In this document: piece after piece, positions 9,613 to 18,147 of the stretch | Layout of the letters: each line of letters begins with the position of its first letter | How positions within the stretch are numbered: the first letter of the stretch is position 1 | From: a bacterium | GTDB lineage: Bacteria > J088 > JAWLBW01 | DNA: 47,427 nucleotides | Direction: 5' to 3' | NCBI GenBank assembly: GCA_041690355.1 | Contig: JAWLHK010000003.1 | Location: 62,001 to 109,427, forward strand | The notes under the pieces: generated by a model | The model's input: the letters and a program-made list of their open reading frames with translations, nothing else | Database searches by the model: none | What the model was told of the DNA's origin: nothing | Position numbers and translations under genes: made by a program

Positions 9613-10957
9613 CGACGACGTGGACATGGCAGACACGTGTCGTCGTCTGCTTGAAAAGCAAGGTTATCAGGTGCGAACCGCGCAGAGCGGGGCCGTCGCG
9701 CTTGAAGTCATCGCCGAGGAGTCTCCCGACGTCGTGCTCACCGACGTACGCATGCCCGGCATGGAAGGAGACGAGCTGCTCAAGCAGGTGAAGAAGCGCC
9801 GCCCCGATCTTCCCGTCATCATGATGACCGGCTTCGGCTCCATTCAGGACGCGGTTGCCGCCCTCAAGATCGGCGCCACCGACTACATTACCAAGCCGTT
9901 CACCCGCGAACAGCTGATCGCCAGCGTCGACCGCGCCTTCGAGGTGAAGAACCTGCGCGGCGAAGTCGTCCGTCTGCGCAACGCGCTCCAGGACAAGTAC
10001 TCGCCGGCGAACATCATCGGCAACAGCAAGTCGATGCAGGGGGTCTTTCAGCGCATCCGCGCCACCGCCTCGAACGACGCGACCGTGCTCATCACGGGCG
10101 AGAACGGAACCGGTAAGGATCTGGTAGCCCAGGCCATCCACTATGGCAGCAGCCGGGCGAACAAGCCGTTCATCCCGGTAAACTGCGGCGCCCTGCCCCG
10201 CGACCTGATCGAGTCGGAACTCTTCGGACACAAGAAGGGGGCCTTCACGGGGGCCGCCGCCGACAACCAGGGGATGTTCCGCGCCGCCGACGGGGGCACC
10301 ATTTTCCTCGATGAAATCGGCGATCTGCCGCTCGACCTTCAGGTCAAGCTTCTGCGCGTTCTGCAGGACCGGCGGGTGCGTCCGGTCGGCGACACGAACG
10401 AGTACCCGGTCAACGTGCGCGTCATCGCCGCCACGAACCGTCCGCTTTCAGACATGATGCGCGACGGCTCGTTCCGCCAGGACCTCTTCTATCGCCTCAG
10501 CGTCGTGACCATCGAGGTGCCGGCCCTGCGCGAGCGCATCGACGACATCCCGCTTCTGCTGCACTTCTTTCTCAAGAAGCACGGCGACGGGCGCAAGCGC
10601 CTGTTCACCAAAGGGGCCATTCAGGTGCTCGAGCGGTATGCCTGGCCGGGTAACGTGCGCGAACTCGAAAACATGGTCGAGGGGCTCATCGCCCTCGGGG
10701 CCGGCGACTCGATCGACGTCGACGATCTGGGAGACCGGTTTCACGCCGGTGCCGCCGAACCCATGCGGACGCAGGGCAACGGTGCGACCCCTTCGCTGGC
10801 ATATGAGAGCCTCCCGACCCTCGAGCAGGCCGAGCGCGATCTGATCGACGCCGCCATCGAGCGCTGCGGCGGAAACAAGTCCAAGGCAGCCGCAATCCTC
10901 GGCATCAGCCGGACCCGGCTCTACCGCAAGCTGCGGGAGATGGGCGTTCCCGTCTGA
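9584..10957 (+). CDS. Sigma-54-dependent response regulator (REC-AAA+-Fis HTH, NtrC/AtoC family)
   Basis: VVDDD, LTDVRMP, ITKPF, GENGTGKD, ESELFGHKKGAFTGA, FLDEIG, WPGNVRELEN, GNKSKAAAILGISRTRLYRKL. GGGAG before ATG 9584. Confidence 0.95.
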   Translation: MQQALVLVVDDDVDMADTCRRLLEKQGYQVRTAQSGAVALEVIAEESPDVVLTDVRMPGMEGDELLKQVKKRRPDLPVIMMTGFGSIQDAVAALKIGATDYITKPFTREQLIASVDRAFEVKNLRGEVVRLRNALQDKYSPANIIGNSKSMQGVFQRIRATASNDATVLITGENGTGKDLVAQAIHYGSSRANKPFIPVNCGALPRDLIESELFGHKKGAFTGAAADNQGMFRAADGGTIFLDEIGDLPLDLQVKLLRVLQDRRVRPVGDTNEYPVNVRVIAATNRPLSDMMRDGSFRQDLFYRLSVVTIEVPALRERIDDIPLLLHFFLKKHGDGRKRLFTKGAIQVLERYAWPGNVRELENMVEGLIALGAGDSIDVDDLGDRFHAGAAEPMRTQGNGATPSLAYESLPTLEQAERDLIDAAIERCGGNKSKAAAILGISRTRLYRKLREMGVPV

Positions 10958-10963
10958 ACGCAG

Positions 10964-10995
10964 AAAGGGTCCGGCGCTCTTCAGACGCCGGACCC
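10964..10995 (-). terminator. Intrinsic terminator hairpin between convergent genes
   Basis: GGGTCCGGCG (10967-76) / CGCCGGACCC (10986-95), a perfect 10-bp stem, followed by TTTC on the minus strand. Confidence 0.7.
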
Positions 10996-11017
10996 GTCTA
11001 AGAAAACGTCCCGTGAT

Positions 11018-14000
11018 TTACTGGGCCGCGACCTGGTTCTCCGTAATCACGAACTCGACGCGCCGGTTCGTCGCGCGTCCTTCGGCGGTGTCGTTGGGCG
11101 CGATCGGCTGGACGTCGCCCAGCCCGACGTATTCGAGGCGGCGCCCGTCAATCCCCTTCGCAACCAGGTAGTCGCGCACGGCCATCGCCCGCTTCTCGCT
11201 CAACTTGCGGTTCACGGCAGAACGACCGACGTTGTCGGTGTGCCCCTCGATGCGCACCTTTGCGACCTGCGGGTTCTCGCGGATGACGTTGGCAATTTCG
11301 TCGAGCAGCGGGTAACTGTCGAATTTGATCGTCGCCTTGCCGCTGGCGAAATGAACCTGATCGCGGATCACGATCTTTTCGCGGGTCATCTCGACCCGGA
11401 CGGGCGCCTTGGCCTCGACCTTGGGCGGAATGCGCGCCAGAACCATGCCGGCCGACACCTGGCGCCCGGCGCGAATGGAAACTTCAGTCGCCGCAGTCTC
11501 GTAACCCTCGGCCACCGCCACGACCCGGTAGCGCCCCGGCTTCAAGGTCGCTTCGGCCAACGGTTGCTTCCCGCTGACCGCGAGCTTGAGATTTTCAGGC
11601 CGGATGACGACATGGGCGTCGAGCAGTTTACCCTCGGCGTCGCGTACCGTGACCGAGAGAAATCCCTCAACCGCCTTCGCAAGAAGTGGCACCTGCCACC
11701 GGTGCGCCGGCTTGGCGAGCACGATGGCGTGTTGCGCTTCGCCGTGCTCCGGAGCCGAAGCCCGCAGCACATAGGTGCCCGTCGCCAGCCGGACGCGGAA
11801 GGTGCCCCGGGCATCCGTCGTCCCGGTGGTTACGGCTTTGCCGGCTTCCAGCACCTCGACCACGGCGCCGGCGATCGGCTTCTTTTCCCGATCGATGACG
11901 AGAAACTCGTTGGCCGACAGGAAGCGCTCATCCGGACATCCGTCGCCGTCCTGGAATCCGTCCTGATCTTCGGCCTCGAGCGGGCACTCGTCTGAAGTAT
12001 CGGCCAGACCATCGGCGTCGTTGTCCAGCTCGGGGCACCCGTCGTCGTCGGCATAGCCGTCCCTGTCTTCGGCCTCGGCGGGGCACCTATCGACCGCGTC
12101 GGCAAGACCGTCGCCGTCGGTGTCGGTGTCGACGACCCGCGCCGGCTGCATCTCAGGCGTCCACCGCACGCCGGCAAAGGCGCGAAAGGCGGGGCTGCCG
12201 TAGCCATTGGTGAGGCCGCGGCCCAGACCGAACTCGGCCCGGAAAGGCCCGGCAAAGCGCTGGTGCATGCTGAGCAGTACTTCGAGCGGCGATTCGGCCG
12301 AAGCAAAGACGTCGGCAGCCGGCGTCGTCCCGAAGAACTCGAGCGAGTAGAAGCGGGTGTTCTCGGGAATGCCCGCGCCGATGCCGTAGAGGATTTCATC
12401 GCGGAAGTCCAGGTTGACGTACTCGACCGACTGGCTGCGCACTTTATATCCCAGGTTGCCGAGCAGCGCGACCGGCCCGACGTGGCGCCCGAAGGCCGCC
12501 GTGAGTTGACCGGTCCAGGCGTCGTCGCCCATGAACGCCTCGGCCTTGCCCGAGGGAAACTTGAGGGCGCCGACGAGCGCCAGCGAGAAGGGGCCACCCT
12601 GTTCGGTGAGAAGGCGCCCCTTGGCCCAGAGGCTCATGTCTCCCAGGCCCGCGCTCTGCGCGTTGCCGCGCAGCGCGTCCTGGTTCAGGCGAAACGGGAC
12701 GTAGGCGCCCACGGCAAGCGCTTCCAGAATGCCGTAGGCCCCCGTCAGATGCCCGCCGACGATTCGTCCGACGACGTCGTATTCGGTCCCCGAGACCCCC
12801 TCGGCGACGAGGGGGTCGTGTGCGTAGTCGAAGTAGGCCGCGGCCGAGGGGGTGCCGGCCTCGAGCGAGGCGGCCCCTTCGAGCACGGTCAGACCCTGGC
12901 CGTCGGGTGTCGGATGAAAGGTCTGCGGGTCGACCTTGGCATCCTGCGCGCGAGCCGCGCCGGCCGTCGTCACGAGAACGGCCGCCGCCGCCAGGGCCGC
13001 CACGCCGCGGCGCCGCCGCAGCAGGAGCAGCCCGAGCGCGCCCAGCACCGGAATTACCGATCCAGCATCCGCCCCGGCGGTGTTGCAGCCGCCGCCGCCT
13101 TGCACCCGGACCCGCTCGGCCGCGAGGTAGTCGTCGTCGCCATCGAAGGGATCGGTACCCGCATCCCGTTCCAGGTCATCGGCGACGCCGCCGCGGTCGG
13201 TATCGATGCCGATGGTACCCGTGTGGTCGCTCTGCAGCGGGTTTCCATCTTCGCCGTCGGGGATACCGTCGCCGTCGGTATCGGCGAGCGTCGGGTCGGT
13301 TTCACCCGCATCCAGGCGCCCGTTACGGTTGCGGTCTTCGGTGGAGTCGAAGAGCCCGTCGCCATCGGTGTCGATGTTACGCGGATCGGTCTTGCGGCAG
13401 TCGGTATAGCAGCTGGTGAGCTCCAACCCGTCGCTCAGCCGGTCACCGTCGGTATCGGCTTTGACAGGATGGGTTTCGGCCGCCCCGATGATGCCGTCGG
13501 CATTGGCATCTTCTTCGCCGTCGCGCAGCCCGTCACCATCGGTGTCGGGGTTCAGCGGGTTCGTGAAGAGATTACCTTCGTACCGCATGGTCACCTCGTG
13601 TCCGTCGGACAATCCATCGTCGTCCGTGTCGGCATCCGTCGGATCGGTTTCGCCCGGATCGCGGCGGCCATCGAGGGATGCGTCTTCCAGACCGTCCCAC
13701 AACCCGTCGCCGTCGCTGTCGGGGTTCAGCGGGTCGGTTTTGCGACCGCCGCCGTAGTTGCTGTTGACCTCGATGCCGTCGAGCAAGCCGTCCAGATCGG
13801 TATCCGGATTCAGCGGATCGGTGCCGTTGACGATTTCGTCTCCGTCCGAGAGTCCGTCCCCATCCGTATCAGGATTTTCCGGGTCGGTACCGAGGTCTAC
13901 TTCTTCACCATCAGTGAGGCCGTCGCCGTCTCCGTCGGGGTTCGTCGGATACGGATCCTCGCCGTCAGGAATTCCGTCGCCGTCGGTATCGGCCATCGTC

Positions 14001-17000
14001 GGATCCGTTTCGCCGGCATCGCGGCTGCCATTGGCGTCGGCATCCTCCGCTCCATCGCTCAGGCCGTCGCCGTCGGTATCGGCATTCAGCGGATCGGTCT
14101 TGCCGTTCCCGTAGCTGCCGACGATGACCTCAAGGTAGTCTCCCAGGCCGTCGCCGTCGCTGTCGGAGGCCAGCGGGTTCGTTCCCCACGTATGAACTTC
14201 GGCGCCGTCGAGCAGACCGTCGCCGTCGGTATCGGGATTCAACGGGTCAGTACCATAGACATAGACCTCTTCACCATCGAGAAGGCCGTCGCCGTCGGTG
14301 TCGGGGTTCAGCGGATCGGTGCCGTTTGCGATCTCATCCCCGTCCGAGAGGCCGTCACCGTCCGTGTCGGGATTCGTCGGGTCAGTTCCCAGCTCGCCTT
14401 CTTCAGCGTCGTTGAGTCCGTCGCCATCGCCGTCAGGATTCGTCGGATACGGGTCTTCGCCATCAGGGATTCCGTCGCCATCGGTATCGGCCAGCGTCGG
14501 GTCGGTCTCTCCGGCGTCGACGGCACCGTTTGCGTTTGCGTCCTCGACGCCATCGGCCAGGCCGTCGCCATCAGTATCCGCATTCAGCGGATCGGTCTTA
14601 CCGTTGCCATAGGAGCCGAGCACGGCCTCGAGGTAATCGTTGAGTCCGTCGGCATCCGTATCCGGATTCAGCGGATCGGTTCCATACTGGTTCACTTCGG
14701 CGCCGTCATTCAGGCCATCGCCATCCGTATCGGCGAGGAGTGGATTGGTGCCGCGCTGGACTTCATTGCCATCCTGCAGACCGTCACTGTCGGTATCCGG
14801 GTTGAGCGGATCGGTTCCCCGAGCAAGCTCATCCGGATCGCTGAGTCCGTCGCCGTCGCTGTCGACCCGAGTGGGATCGGTTTCGCCGGCATCGACCCGC
14901 CCGTTCAGGTTCGCATCCTCGCTGCCGTCGGCCAGGCCGTCACCGTCGGTGTCGTTGCTCACTGGATTCGTGGTCGAGGCCGGATCGCTGTCTTCGGCGA
15001 ACAGTGCGCACGAGCTGTTCGTATTGGCAGCCGTCTTTCCCAATTCAAGCCCGTCGGGGAGACCGTCGCCATCGGTGTCAGGGTCGTACGGGTCGGTGCC
15101 CATGTTCAGCTCTTCGGCGTCGGTCAGGCCGTCACAATCGGCATCGCCGTTTCCGATTTCGATCACCGCACCGCGAGCCCGGCGAAGAATGGAATTGCCT
15201 GCCCAGAGGGTCGCAGCATTGATGATCCGCGTACCGTCGGGCAGGCCAAAGTCCACCTGGGCGTCGAACTGGAGGGAGAAGGTTTCTCCTGGTTTCAGCT
15301 CTTGAAACGAGAGCTTCAGCAGCCGCTCGGCCCCGACGTATTCGCCTTCAATTTCGCCACCGTCATCGTTCGAACCGTCGGCAAGCGGCACCGCGCCTCC
15401 GTTTCCGGCGAAGACCATCGATCCGGGCACATAGGAAATTCCGGAAGGAAGATAGTCGCGCAGGCTCAGCCCGTGGGCGGTGGCCGAACCGGCATTTCCG
15501 AAGCGCAGCGTATACCGGACGATGTCGCCGGAGTGCACGTTCGCCACGGAGACCGATTTTTCTAGCCAGAGCCGCGGCGCCGCGATGGAAATCTCGACTA
15601 CGTTTGAACGTGCCGAGTTTCCTGCGTTGTCCCAGGCGAGCCCCTCGTTGGAAACCACGGTCGAATCGATCCCGTTCTTGACGATGGTGTCGAACGACAC
15701 CGAGACCATCTCTCCCGGGAGCACGGCGCCGACGTTCCAGCGCAGGGTGCGGGCGATGACATCGTACTCACAGCTGCCGCAGCTGCCTTCTACGAAACGG
15801 ACATCCGGCGGCACCATGTCTTCGATGACCGCATCGGTCACGGGCGAGGGGTCGATGTTCGTGAGCACGAGATACCACCGCACGGTCGAACCCGGAACGG
15901 AGGTGGTCGCATTGCTGTACTTCGCGAGATGCAGGGCCCCTTTGGAGAGCCGCATGGAGCTCTCGGGTCGCAATTCGACCCCGTGCCAAAGGCCCGTGGC
16001 AACCGCGCGCACGCTGAATTCTCCGCGCGGCAAGCTGCCATCGACACGCAGGGCAAGTTCAACTTGCCAACTGTCATCATGGAGCAGGACAGGAAGATAC
16101 TGAGATACGTCGATCGAAATGATGGCACCGTCGATCACCGGATTGACCTCGTGTGTCACTCCGCCGGGAAGATGCAGAGTGGCCGAGCCGGGGGCGACGG
16201 AGACGCCTGGCGGAAGCTCGATTTCAAGCCCAGGAGACCCGATGTCACCGGCATGCGCTGTTGCCGTAAACACCGTATGAATGTCGCCGCCGGCGCTGGG
16301 CACCGAGCGGGTATCGGCGTCGAGCCGGAGCGAATAGACCACGTCGAGCCAGGGACGAATCACGGGTAGCAAGGTATACCCCCAGTCCGGACTTCCCGAG
16401 CGCTCGTTTGAATTGTCGTCATACTGGCCGTAGGCCAGTGAGATCGGTTTATCGGCAACCACCCGGGCGCCTGTCATGTCCTGATCGGCATGGTCAAAGG
16501 CCATGATCGGGTGCAGCACATCGACCAGGTAATAGGGGTCGCCCGACGGCCCGTCCGCGGGATCGGCGCTGCCGTCTCGGGTCATGTCAACGAGGTCCCA
16601 TATGCCGTCACCATTGAGATCGAACCGGACCTTGGTCTCCTGCTGGATTGCGGAGACCCAAATGGCGTTGTTGTTGCTCCCTGCCCGGTTTCCCGGGGCG
16701 TACGGAACAGGCATCTCCGTGCCCAGATAGTAGGAGGGCACCAGCGTGTAGCCCCAGTCGAAATCACGGTCCGTATCATAGGCGGCGAGTGCGTAGAACG
16801 GCTCGTCGCTCATGAGTCGCGCACCACTACCCTGCGGCAGATAATGGCCTACCACATCCGAGTACGCGACACTTTTTCCCGGGGGGATCTGAAATTCAGT
16901 TCCCCCGAGGCTCATAGCGTCGTATGCCGTGACCTCGATTGGGCGGCCCCAGGGGTTGAAGAGGTAGAGTTGGGTCGGGGCCGCCGAGGTTCCGCGTGTC

Positions 17001-17899
17001 TGCGTGACGTAATCGGTGCCGTAGATGGAGTCCGGGACGCTGTTGTAGAAGCGGCTCTGATACGCGCCGGAGCCGTACGTGTGCATGCCAAGCTGTACGG
17101 GGTTATTGGCTACGATGGTCGACCCTTCATATATGGTGCGCTGCGTTCCCGCGGCTGCCTGCCCGTTGATGTAACCCATCGACGAGTAGCTTTCACCCCG
17201 ATCGAGAACGATGATCGCGTCGGGATCCTGACCATTACCGACCGTAATCTGCGTATTGTCTTCGAGGGCCTGCACCTCGATGAAGACGTACTTGAATGCC
17301 GCATAGGACCCTGCGTCGCCCCCTGTCTCCGTATAGGAATCGACGCCGACCGGGATGGTGTAATACAGTGCGGTTTCGAGCGCCTTCACCGGCCGCAATT
17401 CCCAGGAATCGCCGATTTCGATGGTCTTCAGCGGCCACATCAGATGCACGGCACTCACCGGGCCGCCGATCGACAGAATGCGATCGCCGCCGTCATACCG
17501 AATGGCCGTGCCACGCGGGCCGATCGGAACCCAGGCAGCCGTTTCTTCTGTGCTCTGGAGGGTCAGGGGCTCACCGCGGCGCAGCTCGAAGCGTTGCGTC
17601 GTGGGGCCCGGCTGATTGATCGGATCGTCGTCAAAGCCATCTTCCCAATGGTCGTATACGATCACCTGGCGGTCGAGTGAAGCCGCAAGAGTGATGACGC
17701 TTTCCATTCCCCGTGTGGCAGGGTTGAGCGGCTTGCCCTCAGCGGCGGCGACCGCCTCGAAGCTGCGATACATATTCTCTTCGTTCCCGAGAACGAAGTA
17801 TTCCTGGATGCCGGACGGAATTTCGGCCGCCTGGGCCGCTCCCGCCATCCAGAGAACCCACCCCGCCAGGAGTAACCCCAGGCCCCTCGCCTTGTGCAT
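11018..17899 (-). CDS. Giant 2293-aa surface protein: IgGFc-binding-like and DUF11 domains, Ca-binding repeats, internal MYXO-CTERM-like tag, beta-barrel, TSP3 repeats, carboxypeptidase-regulatory-like domains, OmpA domain
   Basis: Signal peptide ending AQA. IEVQALEDNTQITV and VVADKPISLAYGQ (IgGFc-binding-like); DUF11-type LAKYS..PGSTVRWYL..N..DMVP and LEKSV..GDIVRYTLRFGN..DYLP; many DTDGDGLxD repeats; VQGGGGC-TM-RRRR; C-terminal VHFASGKATI..IEGHTDNVG..LSEKRA..NRRVEF (OmpA). Confidence 0.9.
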   Translation of the reverse strand: MHKARGLGLLLAGWVLWMAGAAQAAEIPSGIQEYFVLGNEENMYRSFEAVAAAEGKPLNPATRGMESVITLAASLDRQVIVYDHWEDGFDDDPINQPGPTTQRFELRRGEPLTLQSTEETAAWVPIGPRGTAIRYDGGDRILSIGGPVSAVHLMWPLKTIEIGDSWELRPVKALETALYYTIPVGVDSYTETGGDAGSYAAFKYVFIEVQALEDNTQITVGNGQDPDAIIVLDRGESYSSMGYINGQAAAGTQRTIYEGSTIVANNPVQLGMHTYGSGAYQSRFYNSVPDSIYGTDYVTQTRGTSAAPTQLYLFNPWGRPIEVTAYDAMSLGGTEFQIPPGKSVAYSDVVGHYLPQGSGARLMSDEPFYALAAYDTDRDFDWGYTLVPSYYLGTEMPVPYAPGNRAGSNNNAIWVSAIQQETKVRFDLNGDGIWDLVDMTRDGSADPADGPSGDPYYLVDVLHPIMAFDHADQDMTGARVVADKPISLAYGQYDDNSNERSGSPDWGYTLLPVIRPWLDVVYSLRLDADTRSVPSAGGDIHTVFTATAHAGDIGSPGLEIELPPGVSVAPGSATLHLPGGVTHEVNPVIDGAIISIDVSQYLPVLLHDDSWQVELALRVDGSLPRGEFSVRAVATGLWHGVELRPESSMRLSKGALHLAKYSNATTSVPGSTVRWYLVLTNIDPSPVTDAVIEDMVPPDVRFVEGSCGSCEYDVIARTLRWNVGAVLPGEMVSVSFDTIVKNGIDSTVVSNEGLAWDNAGNSARSNVVEISIAAPRLWLEKSVSVANVHSGDIVRYTLRFGNAGSATAHGLSLRDYLPSGISYVPGSMVFAGNGGAVPLADGSNDDGGEIEGEYVGAERLLKLSFQELKPGETFSLQFDAQVDFGLPDGTRIINAATLWAGNSILRRARGAVIEIGNGDADCDGLTDAEELNMGTDPYDPDTDGDGLPDGLELGKTAANTNSSCALFAEDSDPASTTNPVSNDTDGDGLADGSEDANLNGRVDAGETDPTRVDSDGDGLSDPDELARGTDPLNPDTDSDGLQDGNEVQRGTNPLLADTDGDGLNDGAEVNQYGTDPLNPDTDADGLNDYLEAVLGSYGNGKTDPLNADTDGDGLADGVEDANANGAVDAGETDPTLADTDGDGIPDGEDPYPTNPDGDGDGLNDAEEGELGTDPTNPDTDGDGLSDGDEIANGTDPLNPDTDGDGLLDGEEVYVYGTDPLNPDTDGDGLLDGAEVHTWGTNPLASDSDGDGLGDYLEVIVGSYGNGKTDPLNADTDGDGLSDGAEDADANGSRDAGETDPTMADTDGDGIPDGEDPYPTNPDGDGDGLTDGEEVDLGTDPENPDTDGDGLSDGDEIVNGTDPLNPDTDLDGLLDGIEVNSNYGGGRKTDPLNPDSDGDGLWDGLEDASLDGRRDPGETDPTDADTDDDGLSDGHEVTMRYEGNLFTNPLNPDTDGDGLRDGEEDANADGIIGAAETHPVKADTDGDRLSDGLELTSCYTDCRKTDPRNIDTDGDGLFDSTEDRNRNGRLDAGETDPTLADTDGDGIPDGEDGNPLQSDHTGTIGIDTDRGGVADDLERDAGTDPFDGDDDYLAAERVRVQGGGGCNTAGADAGSVIPVLGALGLLLLRRRRGVAALAAAAVLVTTAGAARAQDAKVDPQTFHPTPDGQGLTVLEGAASLEAGTPSAAAYFDYAHDPLVAEGVSGTEYDVVGRIVGGHLTGAYGILEALAVGAYVPFRLNQDALRGNAQSAGLGDMSLWAKGRLLTEQGGPFSLALVGALKFPSGKAEAFMGDDAWTGQLTAAFGRHVGPVALLGNLGYKVRSQSVEYVNLDFRDEILYGIGAGIPENTRFYSLEFFGTTPAADVFASAESPLEVLLSMHQRFAGPFRAEFGLGRGLTNGYGSPAFRAFAGVRWTPEMQPARVVDTDTDGDGLADAVDRCPAEAEDRDGYADDDGCPELDNDADGLADTSDECPLEAEDQDGFQDGDGCPDERFLSANEFLVIDREKKPIAGAVVEVLEAGKAVTTGTTDARGTFRVRLATGTYVLRASAPEHGEAQHAIVLAKPAHRWQVPLLAKAVEGFLSVTVRDAEGKLLDAHVVIRPENLKLAVSGKQPLAEATLKPGRYRVVAVAEGYETAATEVSIRAGRQVSAGMVLARIPPKVEAKAPVRVEMTREKIVIRDQVHFASGKATIKFDSYPLLDEIANVIRENPQVAKVRIEGHTDNVGRSAVNRKLSEKRAMAVRDYLVAKGIDGRRLEYVGLGDVQPIAPNDTAEGRATNRRVEFVITENQVAAQ
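13130..15150 (-). repeat. About 26 tandem Ca-binding DxDGDGLxDxxE..GTDPxNP repeats, including a 498-bp internal duplication
   Basis: Units counted in the translation. The block GSYGNGKTDPLNAD...GEDPYPTNPDGDG...DGLLDGxEV occurs twice; matching DNA CATTCAGCGGATCGGTCTT is at 14083 and 14581. Confidence 0.9.
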
Positions 17900-18147
17900 A
17901 GCATCCCCCGCTTGTAAGCGTCATCCCCCGGTACCGGCTTCATGCCGTACCGCCCTATGTTTCGTGCCGTAGACAGCGCCGCGTGCAAAGCAGATCGGAT
18001 ACACGGCGCCCGGCTTCTCTCCATTAGCCGACACACTTGCCGTTTTGTCAAGGCGACCCTCCAGAATGCAAGGGGGCGAAGTCGCAGCCGCGCGCCCCCC
18101 TTGACATTCCGCTTGCGAAGCCTCGGCCGCTCGGATTCAATGACCGC

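Noticed and set aside
13130-15150. Repeats as a CRISPR array or diversity-generating retroelement
   Set aside because: In-frame degenerate coding repeats with no unique spacers, no cas or reverse transcriptase genes, and differences not restricted to adenines.
12263-15565. 1100-aa plus-strand ORF rich in VAVGIG
   Set aside because: Antisense shadow of the DTDGDG repeats; no independent motifs.
17998-18003. GATACA half-site upstream of the giant gene
   Set aside because: The matching left half is absent and no convincing -24/-12 element is nearby.
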